A stretch of 26,767 nucleotides of DNA from Flavobacteriaceae bacterium (GCA_015489265.1 WFZY01000029.1:1-26767); one strand, 5' to 3'; shown: positions 1-12,894, counted from the stretch's first letter. Notes: a model not told the origin generated them from the sequence alone. Program-made: numbers and translations.

Positions 1-2429
1 CGCAATTTAGCCCCAAATTTTTGCTCATAATTTTGAAAGATTTTCTTCATAACCTTATCTATTTGCTTATCATTCAGGGTTTTTCGCTTATCTTGTAAGA
101 CAAAACTCAAAGCATAAGATTTTTTTCCTTCAGCTATTTTATCACCTTCATATACATCAAACAAATTGACGCCTTGTAGCAGTTTTTTCTCAACATCGAA
201 AGCCATATCATACAAATCCTTATAACTTACATTCTTATCCACTTCCAATGCCAAGTCACGTCTGACCAAAGGAAATTTTGGAATCTCACGATAAGATATT
301 TGACTATGCTCTTTGACTTGTTCCAAAAGATTATCCCAAAGAAAATCGGCATAATATATATCTTTGTTAATACCAAAATGTTTTTTAACAGCCGGTTTGA
401 CTTTTCCCAAGCTAACTAACGGCTTTTTGTGAACTTCAAAAACAACACTTTCATACAAATCTGTATTTTTAGCCGGTTTTAAGTGGTAATCATTTATACC
501 AAAACGTTTTAAAATCGCTTCGACTTGTCCTTTTAAATGATAAAAACCGGTGGCAGTTGCCGGAACTAACCAATTTTCAGGTAAAAATTTACCGGTCATT
601 GTTAAAGACAAATGTTTTTCTTCTTCATATTTACCTTCTCCATATTGGTTATAAACTTTTCCAAACTCAAAGAATTTTAAATCCGATTGTCTGCGATTCA
701 TATTGTAAGCGACAGATTCCATGGCACTAAACAAGAGTGATTGTCGTAAAACACTTAAATCTTGACTCAACGGATTGAGTATTTCCACTGTAGATTTATC
801 ATTGATTTGAGATGATAATGACACATATTTCGGTGTCGTCAGTGAGTTAGACATAATTTCGGTAAAACCACGGGAAGACAACAGATCAGCAACAATATTT
901 TCAATTTTATAGGAAGCAAATTTGTCAGATGCTTCAACACTGGCATTTATTTTGGTTGAAAAATCAATGTTATTATATCCGTAAACCCGCAAGATTTCTT
1001 CGACTATATCCGCCGGTCTGGTCACATCTACGCGATATGCGGGCACAATTAAATTTAATCCATGGTCTGTTTCCGAAGCTATTTTAATCTCTAAAGAAGC
1101 CAAAATATTTTTGATAATATTCTTATCTATTGTATTGCCTACTAAAGTATTCAAATAATCATATGACAAAGAAATTTTATGCGGCTCTATTTTATTGGGA
1201 TAAACATCAACTAAATCCGTAACAATTTCTGCATCGGCATATTCTTTAATTAACGTAACGGCTCTTTTTAAAGCAAAAACTGTCATATCCGGATCAATAC
1301 CCCGCTCAAATCTAAATGATGAATCGGTGTTTAAGCCATGCCGCTTGGCAGATTTTCTAACAGTGACCGGATCAAAATAAGCACTTTCCAAGAAAACATC
1401 GGTTGTATCCTCGGTAATACCCGAATCAATTCCACCAAATACACCGGCTAAAACCATCGGTGATTTTTCATTGTAAATAATCAAATCTTCAGGATGCAGT
1501 TTTCGTTCAACACCATCCAAAGTGACCAAGGTATCACCCGGTTCAGCCGTTTTAACGATAATTTTATGGCCGTGTATTTTTTCTGCATCAAAGGCGTGCA
1601 AAGGTTGTCCCAATTCGTGCATCACATAGTTTGTTATATCCACAATATTATTAATAGGGGACAAGCCAATGGCTTTCAATCGGTTTTGCATCCATTCGGG
1701 TGATGGTCCTATCTTAACATTCTTAATAGTGATTCCGGCATAACGCGGGCATTTCTCTTTATCTTGAATCTCTATTTGGATGGGACGTGTTTTACTATCA
1801 ATATTAAATTTTGAAACGGATGGCGTATTAAAATTTACATTGTGATTAAGATGTGCCAAGCCGGCTCGCAAATCTCTGGCAACGCCCATATGACTCATGG
1901 CATCGGCACGGTTTGGGGTTAAGCCGATTTCAAAAACTTGGTCGGTTTCTACATCCAAAATCTCTCGTAATTCTTTACCAACTTCAACCGATTCATCTAG
2001 GACCATTATCCCATCGTGGTTATCCCCCAAGCCCAGTTCATCTTCGGCACAGATCATGCCGTAGCTGACTTCGCCTCTAATCTTACCTTTTTTGATTTTA
2101 AATTCATTGTTATCTTTATCATACAAAACAGTTCCCACAGTTGCCACCGGTACTATTTGACCTTCAGCTACATTCGGGGCGCCACAAACTATTTGCACCG
2201 GCTCACCGGTTCCCAAATCTACTTTTGTGACCGACAATTTATCAGCATTCGGGTGTTTAAACACTTCCAAAACCTTTCCGGTTACCACACCTTTTAAACC
2301 GCCTTTGACAGATTCGTAATTCTCAATTCCTTCAACCTCAAGCCCTAAATCGGTCAATAATTCTCCGGTTTTTTCAGCTTCCCAATCTATGTCTATAAAC
2401 TGTTTTAACCAATTATATGATATCTTCAT
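1..2429 (-). CDS. pheT: Phenylalanine-tRNA ligase beta subunit, 3' end cut by the window edge
   Basis: Manual translation from ATG at 2429 gives MKISYNWLKQF...HPNADKL...VCGAPNV...GLTPNRADAMSHMGVARDL...SSFRFERGID...VRRDLAL...KKSYALSF...FGAKL(R). That is 809 full codons plus a partial Arg codon, with the same frame at both ends. The stop lies outside the window, so the ORF track omits it. Confidence 0.97.
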   Translation of the reverse strand, partial: MKISYNWLKQFIDIDWEAEKTGELLTDLGLEVEGIENYESVKGGLKGVVTGKVLEVFKHPNADKLSVTKVDLGTGEPVQIVCGAPNVAEGQIVPVATVGTVLYDKDNNEFKIKKGKIRGEVSYGMICAEDELGLGDNHDGIMVLDESVEVGKELREILDVETDQVFEIGLTPNRADAMSHMGVARDLRAGLAHLNHNVNFNTPSVSKFNIDSKTRPIQIEIQDKEKCPRYAGITIKNVKIGPSPEWMQNRLKAIGLSPINNIVDITNYVMHELGQPLHAFDAEKIHGHKIIVKTAEPGDTLVTLDGVERKLHPEDLIIYNEKSPMVLAGVFGGIDSGITEDTTDVFLESAYFDPVTVRKSAKRHGLNTDSSFRFERGIDPDMTVFALKRAVTLIKEYADAEIVTDLVDVYPNKIEPHKISLSYDYLNTLVGNTIDKNIIKNILASLEIKIASETDHGLNLIVPAYRVDVTRPADIVEEILRVYGYNNIDFSTKINASVEASDKFASYKIENIVADLLSSRGFTEIMSNSLTTPKYVSLSSQINDKSTVEILNPLSQDLSVLRQSLLFSAMESVAYNMNRRQSDLKFFEFGKVYNQYGEGKYEEEKHLSLTMTGKFLPENWLVPATATGFYHLKGQVEAILKRFGINDYHLKPAKNTDLYESVVFEVHKKPLVSLGKVKPAVKKHFGINKDIYYADFLWDNLLEQVKEHSQISYREIPKFPLVRRDLALEVDKNVSYKDLYDMAFDVEKKLLQGVNLFDVYEGDKIAEGKKSYALSFVLQDKRKTLNDKQIDKVMKKIFQNYEQKFGAKL

Positions 2430-2449
2430 TTAATATAATTTTAGAATGA

Positions 2450-2457
2450 CAAATTTA
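2450..2457 (-). promoter_or_regulatory. Bacteroidota sigma-70 -7 element for pheT
   Basis: TAAATTTG on the minus strand matches TAnnTTTG, 20 nt upstream of the ATG. No properly spaced -33 TTTG. Confidence 0.6.
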
Positions 2458-2521
2458 CGGCAAAAGTTATAATTATAAAAAATTATATTGGGGATTTGAC
2501 ATTTCCGGTGGCAAACAAAAG

Positions 2522-2556
2522 AAAAACCGCTTGAAAAACAAATCAAGCGGTTTTTT
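2522..2556. terminator. Intrinsic terminator, probably bidirectional, ending the rpoBC-DUF3467 transcript
   Basis: AAAAACCGCTTGA-N8-TCAAGCGGTTTTT forms a perfect 13-bp stem with A/T tails on both sides, about 20 nt after the DUF3467 stop. Confidence 0.9.
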
Positions 2557-2576
2557 ATAATCTTATTTACAAAACA

Positions 2577-2888
2577 TTAAGCTTCGCTACCGCGACCAAA
2601 ATTGATCGGCGGATTACCTGCTTTTTCATAATCTTTAATAACACCGTGAACATTTTCAAAGCGTTTCACATTTTCATTCAACGCCCGTACCAAGCGTTTG
2701 GCATGTTGCGGGGTTAAAATGATACGTGACTTAACCTTTGCCTTGGGAACCCCCGGCATGATATTGATAAAATCAACAATAAACTCGGAAGCCGAGTGAT
2801 TGATAACCGCCAGATTGGCATAGATACCATCGGCAACTTCTTCGGTTAATTCTATATTGATTTGCTGTTGTTGCTTTGAATCGCTCAT
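2577..2888 (-). CDS. DUF3467 family protein
   Basis: INIEL..EVADGIYANLAVINHSASEFIVDF..MPGVPKAKVKSRIILTPQHAKRL; this family normally follows rpoC in Bacteroidota. Confidence 0.85.
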   Translation of the reverse strand: MSDSKQQQQINIELTEEVADGIYANLAVINHSASEFIVDFINIMPGVPKAKVKSRIILTPQHAKRLVRALNENVKRFENVHGVIKDYEKAGNPPINFGRGSEA

Positions 2889-2905
2889 AATATTAGTTTT
2901 AAAAA

Positions 2906-5900
2906 TTAATCTACAAAATTGTTTTGTATTTTATCAATAATCATGTTCTCATAGTCTTCTTTTTGAGAAACCGTGATATTTTCATATTCTTTCAAGCCGG
3001 TTCCGGCAGGAATTTTTCGACCGACAATCACATTTTCTTTCAAGCCCTCTAAACCGTCCACTTTGGCTCTGATTGCTGCTTCGTTCAAGACTTTGGTTGT
3101 CTCTTGGAACGATGCGGCAGAGATAAAGGATTTGGTTTGCAAGGATGCTCTGGTGATACCTTGTAAGACCGGTGATGCCGTTGCCGGAATCACATCACGC
3201 GCGACAACCAGTTTTTTGTCTTGACGACGTAGAATGGAATTTTCTTCACGCAATTGTCTGGTAGTAACCAATTGACCGGCTTTAAAGTTTTCGGAATCAC
3301 CCGGATCTTCCACTACTTTCATAGATGAAATACGGTCATTCTCTTCAATAAAGTCCAGTTTATGAACCAATTCACCCGGCAAGAAAGTCGTGTCACCAGA
3401 ATCTTCAATCATCACTTTTTGCATCATTTGTCTAACCACAACTTCAAAGTGCTTATCGTTGATTTTTACCCCTTGTAAACGGTAAACTTCTTGAACCTCG
3501 TTAACCAAATATTGTTGAACGGCAGACGGTCCTTTAATTTTCAAAATATCATTTGGTGTAATGGCTCCATCGGATAAAGGCGTACCGGCACGAATAAAAT
3601 CGTTTTCTTGAACCAAAATTTGATTAGATAATTTTATCAAATATTTCTTGGTTTCACCGGTTTTTGCCGTAACGACAATTTCACGGTTACCCCGCTTGAT
3701 TTTTCCAAAGGAAACCACACCGTCAATCTCTGAAACCACTGCCGGATTAGAAGGATTACGTGCTTCAAACAATTCGGTTACCCGCGGTAAACCACCGGTA
3801 ATATCACCGGCTTTAACCGATTTTCTGGGGATTTTAACCAAAGGTGTACCGATTTTAATTTTTTGTCCGTCTTCAACATTGATACGCGCACCAAGCGGTA
3901 AGTTGTAAGAACGTAAAACTTCACCGTTTTTATCAACAACTTTTAATGTCGGAATTAGTTTTTTATTCTTACTTTCGGCAATTACTTTTTCCTCACGGTT
4001 GGTTTGCTCATCTTTTTCAATTTGGTAGGTCACCCCTTGGATAATATTTTCATACAAAACTTTACCGGCAAATTCGGAAACGATAACCGAGTTCCAAGGA
4101 TCCCATTCGGCTACAATTTCACCTTTCAGCACTTTTTCTCCCGGTTTTTTGTACAATTTAGAACCGTAAGGCAACTGGTGTGTACTCAAAACTTTTCCGG
4201 ATTTTTCACCGATAATTTTCAGTTCTGATGTTCTTGAGATAACAATATCAACATTATCTTCTTCATCTTTAACGGTTTTTAACTCGTCAATATCAATAAT
4301 ACCGTCAAACTTAGCTGCAATATTTGATTGCTCGGACACGTTACCGGCAACCCCTCCTTGGTGGAAGGTTCTCAAAGTCAACTGCGTACCCGGCTCACCG
4401 ATAGATTGTGCAGCAACGACCCCAACAGCTTCTCCTTTTTCAACCATTTCGCCGGTTGCCAAGTTTCGTCCATAACATTTGGCACAAATACCGTGTTTGG
4501 CTTCACAGGTTAAAGGCGAACGTACTTCTACGGATTCTATTGTCGTTTGTTCTATTCTTTCTACCACTTCTTCCGTAAATTCCTCTCCGGCAGCTATGAT
4601 TAATTCATTGGTATCCGGATCATAAACATCATCAAGAGCTACCCGTCCCAAAATACGCTCTCCAAGTGATTCAACAACATCGTTGTTTTTCTTCAAAGCC
4701 GTTACTTCAATACCTCTCAACGTACCACAGTCTTCTTCTCTAATAACGACATCTTGCGATACGTCGACCAAACGTCTGGTCAAGTATCCGGCATCTGCTG
4801 TTTTTAATGCCGTATCAGCCAAACCTTTACGGGCACCGTGTGTAGAAATAAAGTATTCTTGAATGGACAAACCTTCTTTAAAGTTGGACAAAATCGGATT
4901 CTCAATAACTTCTCCTCCACCGGCGGTTGATTTTTTAGGTTTTGCCATCAAACCCCGCATCCCGATTAACTGACGAATCTGGTCTTTGGAACCCCTTGCC
5001 CCTGAATCAAGCATCATATAAACCGAATTAAATCCGGCTTTATCATTGGTGATTCGGTTCATCAATATTTCCGTTAATTCGGCATTGGCAGTCGTCCAAA
5101 TATCAACGGTTTTGTTATAACGTTCTTTTTGCGAAATAATACCTTCGGCATATTGCTCTTTGATATTATCCACTTTTTCTTGTGCTTCAGATACTATACG
5201 TTTCTTTTCTTCCGGCACCATAATATTGCTCAAACCGAATGACAAGCCGCCTTTGAACGCATAGTAATATCCCATTTGTTTAATATCATCAAGAAATGCA
5301 GCCGTTGTTGGCACATCGGTACGTTTCAAAATATCGGAAATAATACCTCTTAACGAACCTTTGGTCAAAACTTTGTTGATGAAAGGTACGCCTTCAGGTT
5401 TTACTTCATTAAATAAAACGCGACCGACAGTTGTTTCCATAATATGTTCAAAAGGTTTACCGGCATCGTCATAATCGGTAATAAGAACCTTGATAGCAGC
5501 GTGAATATCAATCTTACCTTCATTTAAAGCAATTTTGACTTCTTCGGGCGAGTAAAAGGTCATGCCTTCTCCACGAACACCTTTGCGTTCCTTAGTAATA
5601 TAGTACAAGCCCAAAACCATATCTTGCGACGGTACCGTAATAGGGGAACCATTAGCCGGATTTAAAATGTTTTGAGAAGCCAACATCAAAAGTTGTGATT
5701 CTAAAATAGCTTGCGGTCCTAAAGGCAAATGGACTGCCATCTGGTCACCATCGAAATCCGCATTAAACGCCGTACATACCAAAGGATGCAAACGAATGGC
5801 TTTTCCTTCAATCAATTTGGGCTGAAATGCTTGAATACCCAAACGGTGCAAGGTTGGCGCCCGGTTGAGCAAGATAGGATGACCTTTTAAAACGTTTTCT

Positions 5901-7183
5901 AAAATATCCCAAACAATCGGATCTTTTCTATCTATAATCTTTTTAGCGGATTTAACCGTCTTAACAACTCCCCTTTCTATCAGTTTTCTGATAATGAATG
6001 GTTTATATAATTCAGCCGCCATATCTTTAGGAATACCGGCTTCATATAATTTCAAATTAGGTCCGACCACAATAACTGACCGTGCAGAATAATCTACCCG
6101 TTTACCCAATAAGTTTTGACGAAAACGACCTTGTTTACCTTTTAATGAGTCGGATAGCGATTTTAAAGGTCTGTTAGACTCTGTTTTAACAGCCGATGAT
6201 TTTCGGGTGTTGTCAAACAGTGAATCAACAGATTCTTGCAACATTCGTTTTTCATTACGCAAAATAACTTCCGGCGCTTTGATGTCCATCAAACGTTTCA
6301 AACGGTTATTACGAATGATGACACGACGGTACAAATCATTCAAGTCGGATGTGGCAAAACGCCCACCATCCAAAGGTACCAAAGGTCGCAATTCGGGTGG
6401 AATAACCGGTATGATATTCATCACCATCCACTCCGGTTTGTTGGGTCTGTTTTCATTTGCCTTACGGAAAGCTTCAACGACTTGCAAACGCTTAAGAGCT
6501 TCGGTTTTACGTTGTTTGGAAGTTTCGTGGCTGGCTTTATGACGCAATTCGTATGACAATTCATCTAAATCGATAGATGCCAACAAGTCACGAATAGCTT
6601 CACCACCCATTTTTGCCACAAATTTATTAGGGTCACTATCTTCCAAGTATTCATTTTCAGGCGGCAGTTTTTCAAGAATTTCTTGATATTCTTCCTCTGT
6701 TAAAAATTGCATTTTTTGCACCGGATTACCTTCTGCATCAACTGCCGGACCCGGATTGATCACTACATAACGTTCGTAGTACACAATCATTTCCAACTTT
6801 TTGGTTGGCAAACCGAGCAAATAGCCGATTTTATTAGGTAAGGAACGGAAATACCAAATGTGTACCACCGGTACGACCAACTCGATATGACCAACGCGCT
6901 CTCTTCTGACTTTCTTTTCGGTAACTTCAACGCCACAACGGTCACAAACAATACCTTTATATCTGATACGTTTGTATTTGCCACAAGCACATTCGTAATC
7001 TTTAATGGGTCCGAAAATACGTTCGCAAAACAAACCGTCTCTTTCGGGTTTATGGGTTCTATAGTTGATAGTTTCCGGTTTTAAAACTTCACCGCGCGAT
7101 GCTTTTTTGATACGTTCGGGTGATGATAAACCGATGGAAATTCTATCAAACTTAATAGTTGTATATTTTTTCTTTTTTGCCAT
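2906..7183 (-). CDS. rpoC: RNA polymerase beta' subunit
   Basis: Catalytic NADFDGD, zinc motif CACGK...CDRC, bridge helix [14 protein letters not shown] and trigger loop QLTLRTFH; 1425 aa. Confidence 0.99.
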   Translation of the reverse strand: MAKKKKYTTIKFDRISIGLSSPERIKKASRGEVLKPETINYRTHKPERDGLFCERIFGPIKDYECACGKYKRIRYKGIVCDRCGVEVTEKKVRRERVGHIELVVPVVHIWYFRSLPNKIGYLLGLPTKKLEMIVYYERYVVINPGPAVDAEGNPVQKMQFLTEEEYQEILEKLPPENEYLEDSDPNKFVAKMGGEAIRDLLASIDLDELSYELRHKASHETSKQRKTEALKRLQVVEAFRKANENRPNKPEWMVMNIIPVIPPELRPLVPLDGGRFATSDLNDLYRRVIIRNNRLKRLMDIKAPEVILRNEKRMLQESVDSLFDNTRKSSAVKTESNRPLKSLSDSLKGKQGRFRQNLLGKRVDYSARSVIVVGPNLKLYEAGIPKDMAAELYKPFIIRKLIERGVVKTVKSAKKIIDRKDPIVWDILENVLKGHPILLNRAPTLHRLGIQAFQPKLIEGKAIRLHPLVCTAFNADFDGDQMAVHLPLGPQAILESQLLMLASQNILNPANGSPITVPSQDMVLGLYYITKERKGVRGEGMTFYSPEEVKIALNEGKIDIHAAIKVLITDYDDAGKPFEHIMETTVGRVLFNEVKPEGVPFINKVLTKGSLRGIISDILKRTDVPTTAAFLDDIKQMGYYYAFKGGLSFGLSNIMVPEEKKRIVSEAQEKVDNIKEQYAEGIISQKERYNKTVDIWTTANAELTEILMNRITNDKAGFNSVYMMLDSGARGSKDQIRQLIGMRGLMAKPKKSTAGGGEVIENPILSNFKEGLSIQEYFISTHGARKGLADTALKTADAGYLTRRLVDVSQDVVIREEDCGTLRGIEVTALKKNNDVVESLGERILGRVALDDVYDPDTNELIIAAGEEFTEEVVERIEQTTIESVEVRSPLTCEAKHGICAKCYGRNLATGEMVEKGEAVGVVAAQSIGEPGTQLTLRTFHQGGVAGNVSEQSNIAAKFDGIIDIDELKTVKDEEDNVDIVISRTSELKIIGEKSGKVLSTHQLPYGSKLYKKPGEKVLKGEIVAEWDPWNSVIVSEFAGKVLYENIIQGVTYQIEKDEQTNREEKVIAESKNKKLIPTLKVVDKNGEVLRSYNLPLGARINVEDGQKIKIGTPLVKIPRKSVKAGDITGGLPRVTELFEARNPSNPAVVSEIDGVVSFGKIKRGNREIVVTAKTGETKKYLIKLSNQILVQENDFIRAGTPLSDGAITPNDILKIKGPSAVQQYLVNEVQEVYRLQGVKINDKHFEVVVRQMMQKVMIEDSGDTTFLPGELVHKLDFIEENDRISSMKVVEDPGDSENFKAGQLVTTRQLREENSILRRQDKKLVVARDVIPATASPVLQGITRASLQTKSFISAASFQETTKVLNEAAIRAKVDGLEGLKENVIVGRKIPAGTGLKEYENITVSQKEDYENMIIDKIQNNFVD

Positions 7184-7197
7184 AATTATTGCTTGTA

Positions 7198-10100
7198 TTA
7201 AAATTTATCTGTTTTGTTTTTTTCCAAAACATCATTACCTTCTTTATCCTCCAAACGGACATCCAATCCCAAACCTTTCAATTCGTGCATTAATACATTA
7301 AATGATTCGGGAATACCCGGTTCAGGCATTACTTCACCTTTTACGATGGATTCGTAAGCTTTTGTTCGTCCCATAACATCATCTGACTTAATCGTCAACA
7401 TTTCTTGAAGCGTATGCGAAGCGCCGTAAGCTTCTAAAGCCCAGACTTCCATCTCTCCGAGACGCTGTCCACCGAATTGTGCCTTACCTCCTAATGGTTG
7501 TTGCGTAATCAATGAGTAAGGTCCGATAGAACGGGCGTGCATTTTATCATCAATCATGTGACCGAGTTTCAACATATAGATAACCCCAACGGTTGCGGGC
7601 TGATCAAAACGCTCGCCTGTACCACCGTCATACAAGTGGGTTTCTCCAAATTCAGGCAAACCGGCTTCTTTAGTCAAAGCGATGATATCATCTTCAGATG
7701 CCCCGTCAAAAATAGGGGTGGCAAATTTCTTACCGGTTTTCAGACCGATCCAACCCAGTACGGTTTCATAAATCTGACCGATATTCATACGCGATGGCAC
7801 CCCAAGCGGGTTTAACACGATATCAACCGGTGTACCGTCTTCCATAAACGGCATATCCTCACGGCGGACAATCTTGGCAACAATACCTTTGTTTCCGTGA
7901 CGTCCCGCCATTTTATCTCCAACTTTCAATTTACGTTTCTGAACAATAAAGATTTTTGCCAATTTTAAGATTCCGGGTGGTAATTCGTCCCCGACACTAA
8001 TAGCAAATTTTTCACGTCTCAAATTACCTTTAAGCTGATTCACTCTGATTTTGTAATTGTTAATCAATTCGGAAATCAACTCGTTAAGGTGTTTGTCCGT
8101 AGTCCATGTACCCAAAGTCAAGTGTTCAAAATCTTGAACGCTATTCAACATTTTCAGCGTAAATTTCTTACCTTTTGGGAAGATATCTTTACCTAAATCG
8201 TTTTTAACACCTTGTGCCGTTTTACCATTGACCAAAGCAAATAACTTTTCTATCAATTTTTGACGTAAAACTTCATATTTGGCTTCAAAATCTCTTTCAA
8301 GTTCTTCTATTTTGACTTTATCTTGTGCCGTTTTACGACGGTCTTTGATAGAACGGGTAAACAATTTTTTGTCAATCACCACACCTCTCAAGGATGGCGA
8401 TGCTTTTAACGATGCATCTTTGACATCTCCTGCTTTGTCACCAAAAATAGCCCGTAACAGTTTTTCTTCCGGGGTCGGATCAGATTCACCTTTCGGGGTT
8501 ACTTTACCGATTAAAATATCTCCGGGTTTGACCTCGGCACCGATACGAATCATTCCGTTTTCATCCAAATCTTTGGTTGCTTCTTCACTGACATTAGGAA
8601 TATCATTGGTCAATTCTTCTTGACCCAATTTGGTATCCCTAACTTCCAAAGCATGCTCAACTATATGTAAAGATGTAAAATAATCATTTCTAACAACATC
8701 TTCCGAAATCACGATTGCATCCTCAAAGTTATATCCGTTCCATGGCATAAATGCTACACGCAAGTTACGTCCTAAAGCCAATTCACCTTTATCCGTGGCA
8801 TAACCTTCAGTCAAAACTTGTCCTTTGGTAACACGGTCTCCTTTTTTAACGATAGGGGTTAAGTTAATCGTGGTATTTTGATTGGTTTTTCTAAACTTAA
8901 CCAAATCGTAAACTTTTTCGTCATCATCAAAACTAACTAAGCGTTCTTCATCGGAACGGTCATATTTGATAATAATTTTTTTGGCATCGACATAAGTTAC
9001 AACGCCTTCGCCTTCGGCATTGATTAAAATACGGGAATCTTGTACCAATTTGCGCTCCATACCGGTACCAACAATCGGGGCTTCAGGGGTCAATAATGGT
9101 ACGGCTTGCCGCATCATGTTGGATCCCATCAAAGCACGGTTGGCATCATTATGTTCTAAGAATGGAATTAAAGAAGCCGAGATAGACGCAATTTGATTAG
9201 GCGCCACATCCATATAATTGACTTCTTCTTTATCCACAACTGGGAAATCTCCTTCTTCGCGAGCTACCAAATGTTCCGGAATGATGTTACCTTCATCATC
9301 AGTAGGTGTTTCCGCTTGGGCAATTTTCATACCTTCTTCTTCTTCCGCTGTCAAATACTTAATCGGTTGATCATATTTGACTTTCGCATCTTCAACTTCA
9401 CGATAAGGTGTTTCAATAAAGCCCATATCGTTAATTTTGGCATAAACCGCCAAAGATGAAATCAAACCGATGTTAGGACCTTCGGGTGTTTCGATAGGAC
9501 ACAAACGCCCGTAATGGGTATAGTGCACATCACGCACCTCAAATCCGGCGCGTTCTCTGGATAACCCCCCCGGTCCGAGTGCAGACAAACGTCGTTTGTG
9601 TGTAATTTCGGACAACGGATTGGTTTGGTCCATAAATTGCGACAACTGATTTGTCCCAAAGAAAGATTTTATAACCGATGACAAGGTTTTGGCATTGATT
9701 AAATCAATGGGCGTAAAGACCTCGTTATCACGGACATTCATACGTTCTCTAATGGTGCGTACCATACGTGCCAAACCGACTCCAAATTGTTGTGATAATT
9801 GCTCACCTACCGTTTTTACACGTCTGTTAGACAAGTGGTCAATATCATCAACTTCCGTTTTGGAATTGACCAACTCAATCAATTGTTTGGTAATGGTAAT
9901 GATATCCTCACGTGTCAGAACTTGCACATCGAGCGGAATATCCAAATTTAATTTTTTATTGATTCTGTAACGACCGACTTCTCCCAAACTGTAGCGTTGG
10001 TCGGAAAAGAATAATTTATCTATGATGCCGCGAGCCGTTTCGTCATCCGGCGGATCGGCATTACGTAATAATCTATAGATATATTCAACCGCTTCGCTTT

Positions 10101-11079
10101 CAGAGTTGGTTGAATCTTTTTGTAAAGTGTGGTAAATAATTGCAAAATCAGATTGCGAAATATCTTCTTTATGTAATAAAACGGTTTTGGCACCCGAATC
10201 GAGAATGTCTTGGATATGCTCTTTTTCAATAACCGTATCACGGTCTAAAATAATCTCATTACGTTCGATGGAAACCACTTCACCGGTGTCTTCGTCAACG
10301 AAATCTTCATGCCAAGTTTTGAGTAAACGTGCTGCTAATTTTCTACCGATGATTTTCTTTAATCCGGTTTTAGAAACTTTTACTTCGTCTGCCAAATCAA
10401 AGATTTCCAAAATATCTTTGTCCCGTTCGTAACCGATAGCTCTTAATAAAGTGGTAATAGGTAATTTCTTTTTACGATCGATATAGGCGTACATCACATT
10501 ATTGATGTCTGTCGCAAATTCGATCCAAGACCCTTTAAAAGGAATGATACGGGCAGAATATAATTTGGTACCGTTAGTGTGCATAGATTGCCCGAAAAAT
10601 ACGCCGGGGGAACGGTGTAATTGTGATACAATCACCCGCTCAGCACCATTAATCACAAAAGTACCGCGTGGCGTCATATAAGGGATGTTACCAAGATAAA
10701 CATCTTGAACTACAGTTTCAAATTCTTCGTGTTCAGGGTCGTTACATTCCAATTTCAAGCGTGCTTTAAGTGGCACACTATAAGTCAAACCGCGTTCAAT
10801 ACATTCGTGAATAGAATATCGGGGCGGGTCAACAAAATAGTCAAGGAAAGACAACTCAAATTGATTTCGGGTATCACTAACCGGAAAATTGTCTTGAAAA
10901 GTTTTATATAAACCCTCATTATTTCGATTTTCGGGTTTGGTTTCCAATTGGAAAAAATCTTGGAATGATTTTAATTGGATAGCTAACAAATCCGGATAAT
11001 CCGGAATGTTTTTAACAGATGAAAAATTGACTCTGCTATTGGTATCCTTTGTAGGAAGTGATTTGGTATTATTTGTCAT
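7198..11079 (-). CDS. rpoB: RNA polymerase beta subunit
   Basis: [48 protein letters not shown] and [17 protein letters not shown]; 1293 aa. Confidence 0.99.
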   Translation of the reverse strand: MTNNTKSLPTKDTNSRVNFSSVKNIPDYPDLLAIQLKSFQDFFQLETKPENRNNEGLYKTFQDNFPVSDTRNQFELSFLDYFVDPPRYSIHECIERGLTYSVPLKARLKLECNDPEHEEFETVVQDVYLGNIPYMTPRGTFVINGAERVIVSQLHRSPGVFFGQSMHTNGTKLYSARIIPFKGSWIEFATDINNVMYAYIDRKKKLPITTLLRAIGYERDKDILEIFDLADEVKVSKTGLKKIIGRKLAARLLKTWHEDFVDEDTGEVVSIERNEIILDRDTVIEKEHIQDILDSGAKTVLLHKEDISQSDFAIIYHTLQKDSTNSESEAVEYIYRLLRNADPPDDETARGIIDKLFFSDQRYSLGEVGRYRINKKLNLDIPLDVQVLTREDIITITKQLIELVNSKTEVDDIDHLSNRRVKTVGEQLSQQFGVGLARMVRTIRERMNVRDNEVFTPIDLINAKTLSSVIKSFFGTNQLSQFMDQTNPLSEITHKRRLSALGPGGLSRERAGFEVRDVHYTHYGRLCPIETPEGPNIGLISSLAVYAKINDMGFIETPYREVEDAKVKYDQPIKYLTAEEEEGMKIAQAETPTDDEGNIIPEHLVAREEGDFPVVDKEEVNYMDVAPNQIASISASLIPFLEHNDANRALMGSNMMRQAVPLLTPEAPIVGTGMERKLVQDSRILINAEGEGVVTYVDAKKIIIKYDRSDEERLVSFDDDEKVYDLVKFRKTNQNTTINLTPIVKKGDRVTKGQVLTEGYATDKGELALGRNLRVAFMPWNGYNFEDAIVISEDVVRNDYFTSLHIVEHALEVRDTKLGQEELTNDIPNVSEEATKDLDENGMIRIGAEVKPGDILIGKVTPKGESDPTPEEKLLRAIFGDKAGDVKDASLKASPSLRGVVIDKKLFTRSIKDRRKTAQDKVKIEELERDFEAKYEVLRQKLIEKLFALVNGKTAQGVKNDLGKDIFPKGKKFTLKMLNSVQDFEHLTLGTWTTDKHLNELISELINNYKIRVNQLKGNLRREKFAISVGDELPPGILKLAKIFIVQKRKLKVGDKMAGRHGNKGIVAKIVRREDMPFMEDGTPVDIVLNPLGVPSRMNIGQIYETVLGWIGLKTGKKFATPIFDGASEDDIIALTKEAGLPEFGETHLYDGGTGERFDQPATVGVIYMLKLGHMIDDKMHARSIGPYSLITQQPLGGKAQFGGQRLGEMEVWALEAYGASHTLQEMLTIKSDDVMGRTKAYESIVKGEVMPEPGIPESFNVLMHELKGLGLDVRLEDKEGNDVLEKNKTDKF

Positions 11080-11162
11080 ATCGGTAGGACAAAATTAAAG
11101 GTTATCAAAATGTTAAAACAGCTGAAAATCAGCGCATAAAGAGCGTTACATATTTTATATGC

Positions 11163-11215
11163 AAAATGGTTTAGGTCTATCCCGTTGCTTATTGGGAAGA
11201 CCTAAACCAAAAAAA
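11163..11215 (-). terminator. rplL-rpoB intergenic hairpin, attenuator or terminator
   Basis: TGGTTTAGGTCT (11167-11178) pairs with AGACCTAAACCA (11198-11209), with an inner TCCC/GGGA stem. It is followed by only UUUUG on the minus strand. Confidence 0.7.
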
Positions 11216-11230
11216 TATTCTATGTTAGAA

Positions 11231-11608
11231 CTACTTCAGCTCTACTTCAGCACCGGCTTCTTCCAAAGATTTTTTGATGCCTTCGGCTTCATCTTTAGAA
11301 ACGCCTTCTTTAACAGGTGCAGGGGCACTGTCAACTACCGCTTTGGCTTCTTTAAGACCTAATCCGGTTAACTCTTTTACTAATTTAACAACTGCTAATT
11401 TAGATGAGCCGGGGGCTTTAAGAATTACATCAAATTCGGTTTTTTCTTCTGCACCGTCATCGCCACCGCCTGCTGCGGGACCTGCTACTGCTACTGCAGC
11501 GGCTGCGGGTTCTATGCCGTATTCTTCTTTCATAATATCGGCTAATTCGTTAACTTCTTTTACTGTTAAGTTAACTAATTGTTCTGCTAATGCTTTTAAA
11601 TCTGCCAT
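11231..11608 (-). CDS. rplL: 50S ribosomal protein L7/L12
   Basis: [34 protein letters not shown] and GLGLKEAK. Confidence 0.99.
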   Translation of the reverse strand: MADLKALAEQLVNLTVKEVNELADIMKEEYGIEPAAAAVAVAGPAAGGGDDGAEEKTEFDVILKAPGSSKLAVVKLVKELTGLGLKEAKAVVDSAPAPVKEGVSKDEAEGIKKSLEEAGAEVELK

Positions 11609-11656
11609 TTTCTATCGTTTTTATAGTTTAAAATTTATTTTTAAATAAGTAAGTTT

Positions 11657-12181
11657 TTATTCAGACTTCTCTGATAGGGTTTTCAAAATACCTGCCAATT
11701 TACCACCGCCTGATTTAAGAGCGGAAATAACATTTTTAGCAGGCGATTGTAACAATCCGATTAATTCGCCCAGCAATTCTTCTTTAGATTTGATGCTTAC
11801 TAATGCGTCGAGTTGGTCATCACCTACATAAACCGATTCTTCAATCCAAGCGCCTTTTAAAACGGGTTTTTCAGATTTTTTTCTAAAATTTTTGATAATT
11901 TTAGCAGGTTGGTTACCAACATTAGACAACATCAGTGCCGAATTACCTTTCAACACCTCTCTCAAGTCACCAAATTCCTTGTTAGATTGGTCCATGGCTT
12001 GTTGCAACATCGTGTTTTTCACGACTTGTAACTTGACATCACTACCATAACAAGCCCGACGTAAATCGGAAGTAATTTGAGCATTCAAACCTAAAATATC
12101 CACGATGTAAATTACTTCGTAATCGGATAATTTTTGGGTTAATTCTTCTATTAATTGAGCTTTTTGTTCTCTTGTTCTCAT
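11657..12181 (-). CDS. rplJ: 50S ribosomal protein L10
   Basis: LRRACY...VVKNTML and SKEELLGELIGLLQSPAKNVISALKSGGGKLAGILKTL; sits between rplA and rplL. Confidence 0.97.
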   Translation of the reverse strand: MRTREQKAQLIEELTQKLSDYEVIYIVDILGLNAQITSDLRRACYGSDVKLQVVKNTMLQQAMDQSNKEFGDLREVLKGNSALMLSNVGNQPAKIIKNFRKKSEKPVLKGAWIEESVYVGDDQLDALVSIKSKEELLGELIGLLQSPAKNVISALKSGGGKLAGILKTLSEKSE

Positions 12182-12204
12182 TGATTAGATTTTTAGGGTC
12201 TTAA

Positions 12205-12894
12205 TTAGACACTTTTAGGGTCAACTTTAATACCGGGGCTCATGGTTGCAGACATACTGATACTTTTCATATATGTACCTTTAGCTGCAGATGGTTTCAA
12301 TTTATTTAAAGTCGTAATTAATTCAGCGGCATTTTCCTTTAATTTGTCGGCAGAAAAAGATTTCTTTCCGATAGCGGCATGAACAATACCTGTTTTATCC
12401 ACTTTAAAGTCAATTTTACCGGCTTTTACTTCTTTAACAGCTTTACCGACTTCCATGGTAACCGTTCCGGTTTTAGGATTGGGCATCAAACCGCGTGGTC
12501 CTAAAATACGTCCCAAAGGTCCTAATTTTCTCATGACTGCAGGCATAGTGATAATAACATCGACATCTGTCCAACCACTTTTAATTTTTTCAAGGTAGTC
12601 GTCCAGCCCGACATAATCAGCACCGGCTGCTTTTGCTTCTTCTTCTTTATCGGGTGTAACCAAAGCCAAGACTTTTTTATCTTTTCCGGTTCCATGCGGT
12701 AAAGTTACCACGCCACGTACCATTTGATTGGCTTTACGGGGGTCCACACCTAATCTTACAGCAATATCAATAGATTCGTCAAATTTAGCATTAGAAATTT
12801 CTTTGACTAATTTGGCTGCTTCTTCCAAAGTATAAACTTTGTTTTTATCTAATTTTGATAATGCTTCTCTTCTTTTTTTGCTTAATCTTGCCAT
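12205..12894 (-). CDS. rplA: 50S ribosomal protein L1
   Basis: [35 protein letters not shown] and [15 protein letters not shown]. Confidence 0.99.
   Translation of the reverse strand: MARLSKKRREALSKLDKNKVYTLEEAAKLVKEISNAKFDESIDIAVRLGVDPRKANQMVRGVVTLPHGTGKDKKVLALVTPDKEEEAKAAGADYVGLDDYLEKIKSGWTDVDVIITMPAVMRKLGPLGRILGPRGLMPNPKTGTVTMEVGKAVKEVKAGKIDFKVDKTGIVHAAIGKKSFSADKLKENAAELITTLNKLKPSAAKGTYMKSISMSATMSPGIKVDPKSV

Noticed and set aside
9572-9660. Possible rifampicin-resistance changes in RpoB cluster I
   Set aside because: Positions equivalent to E. coli Q513, D516, H526 and S531 are all wild type.
2906-11079. Inteins or large insertions in RpoB and RpoC
   Set aside because: Lengths are typical for Bacteroidota and no splicing or homing-endonuclease motifs were seen.
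1494-11648. Many short plus-strand ORFs, and small alternate-frame minus-strand ORFs, over pheT, rpoC, rpoB and rplL
   Set aside because: They are shadows of conserved genes with no recognisable motifs.
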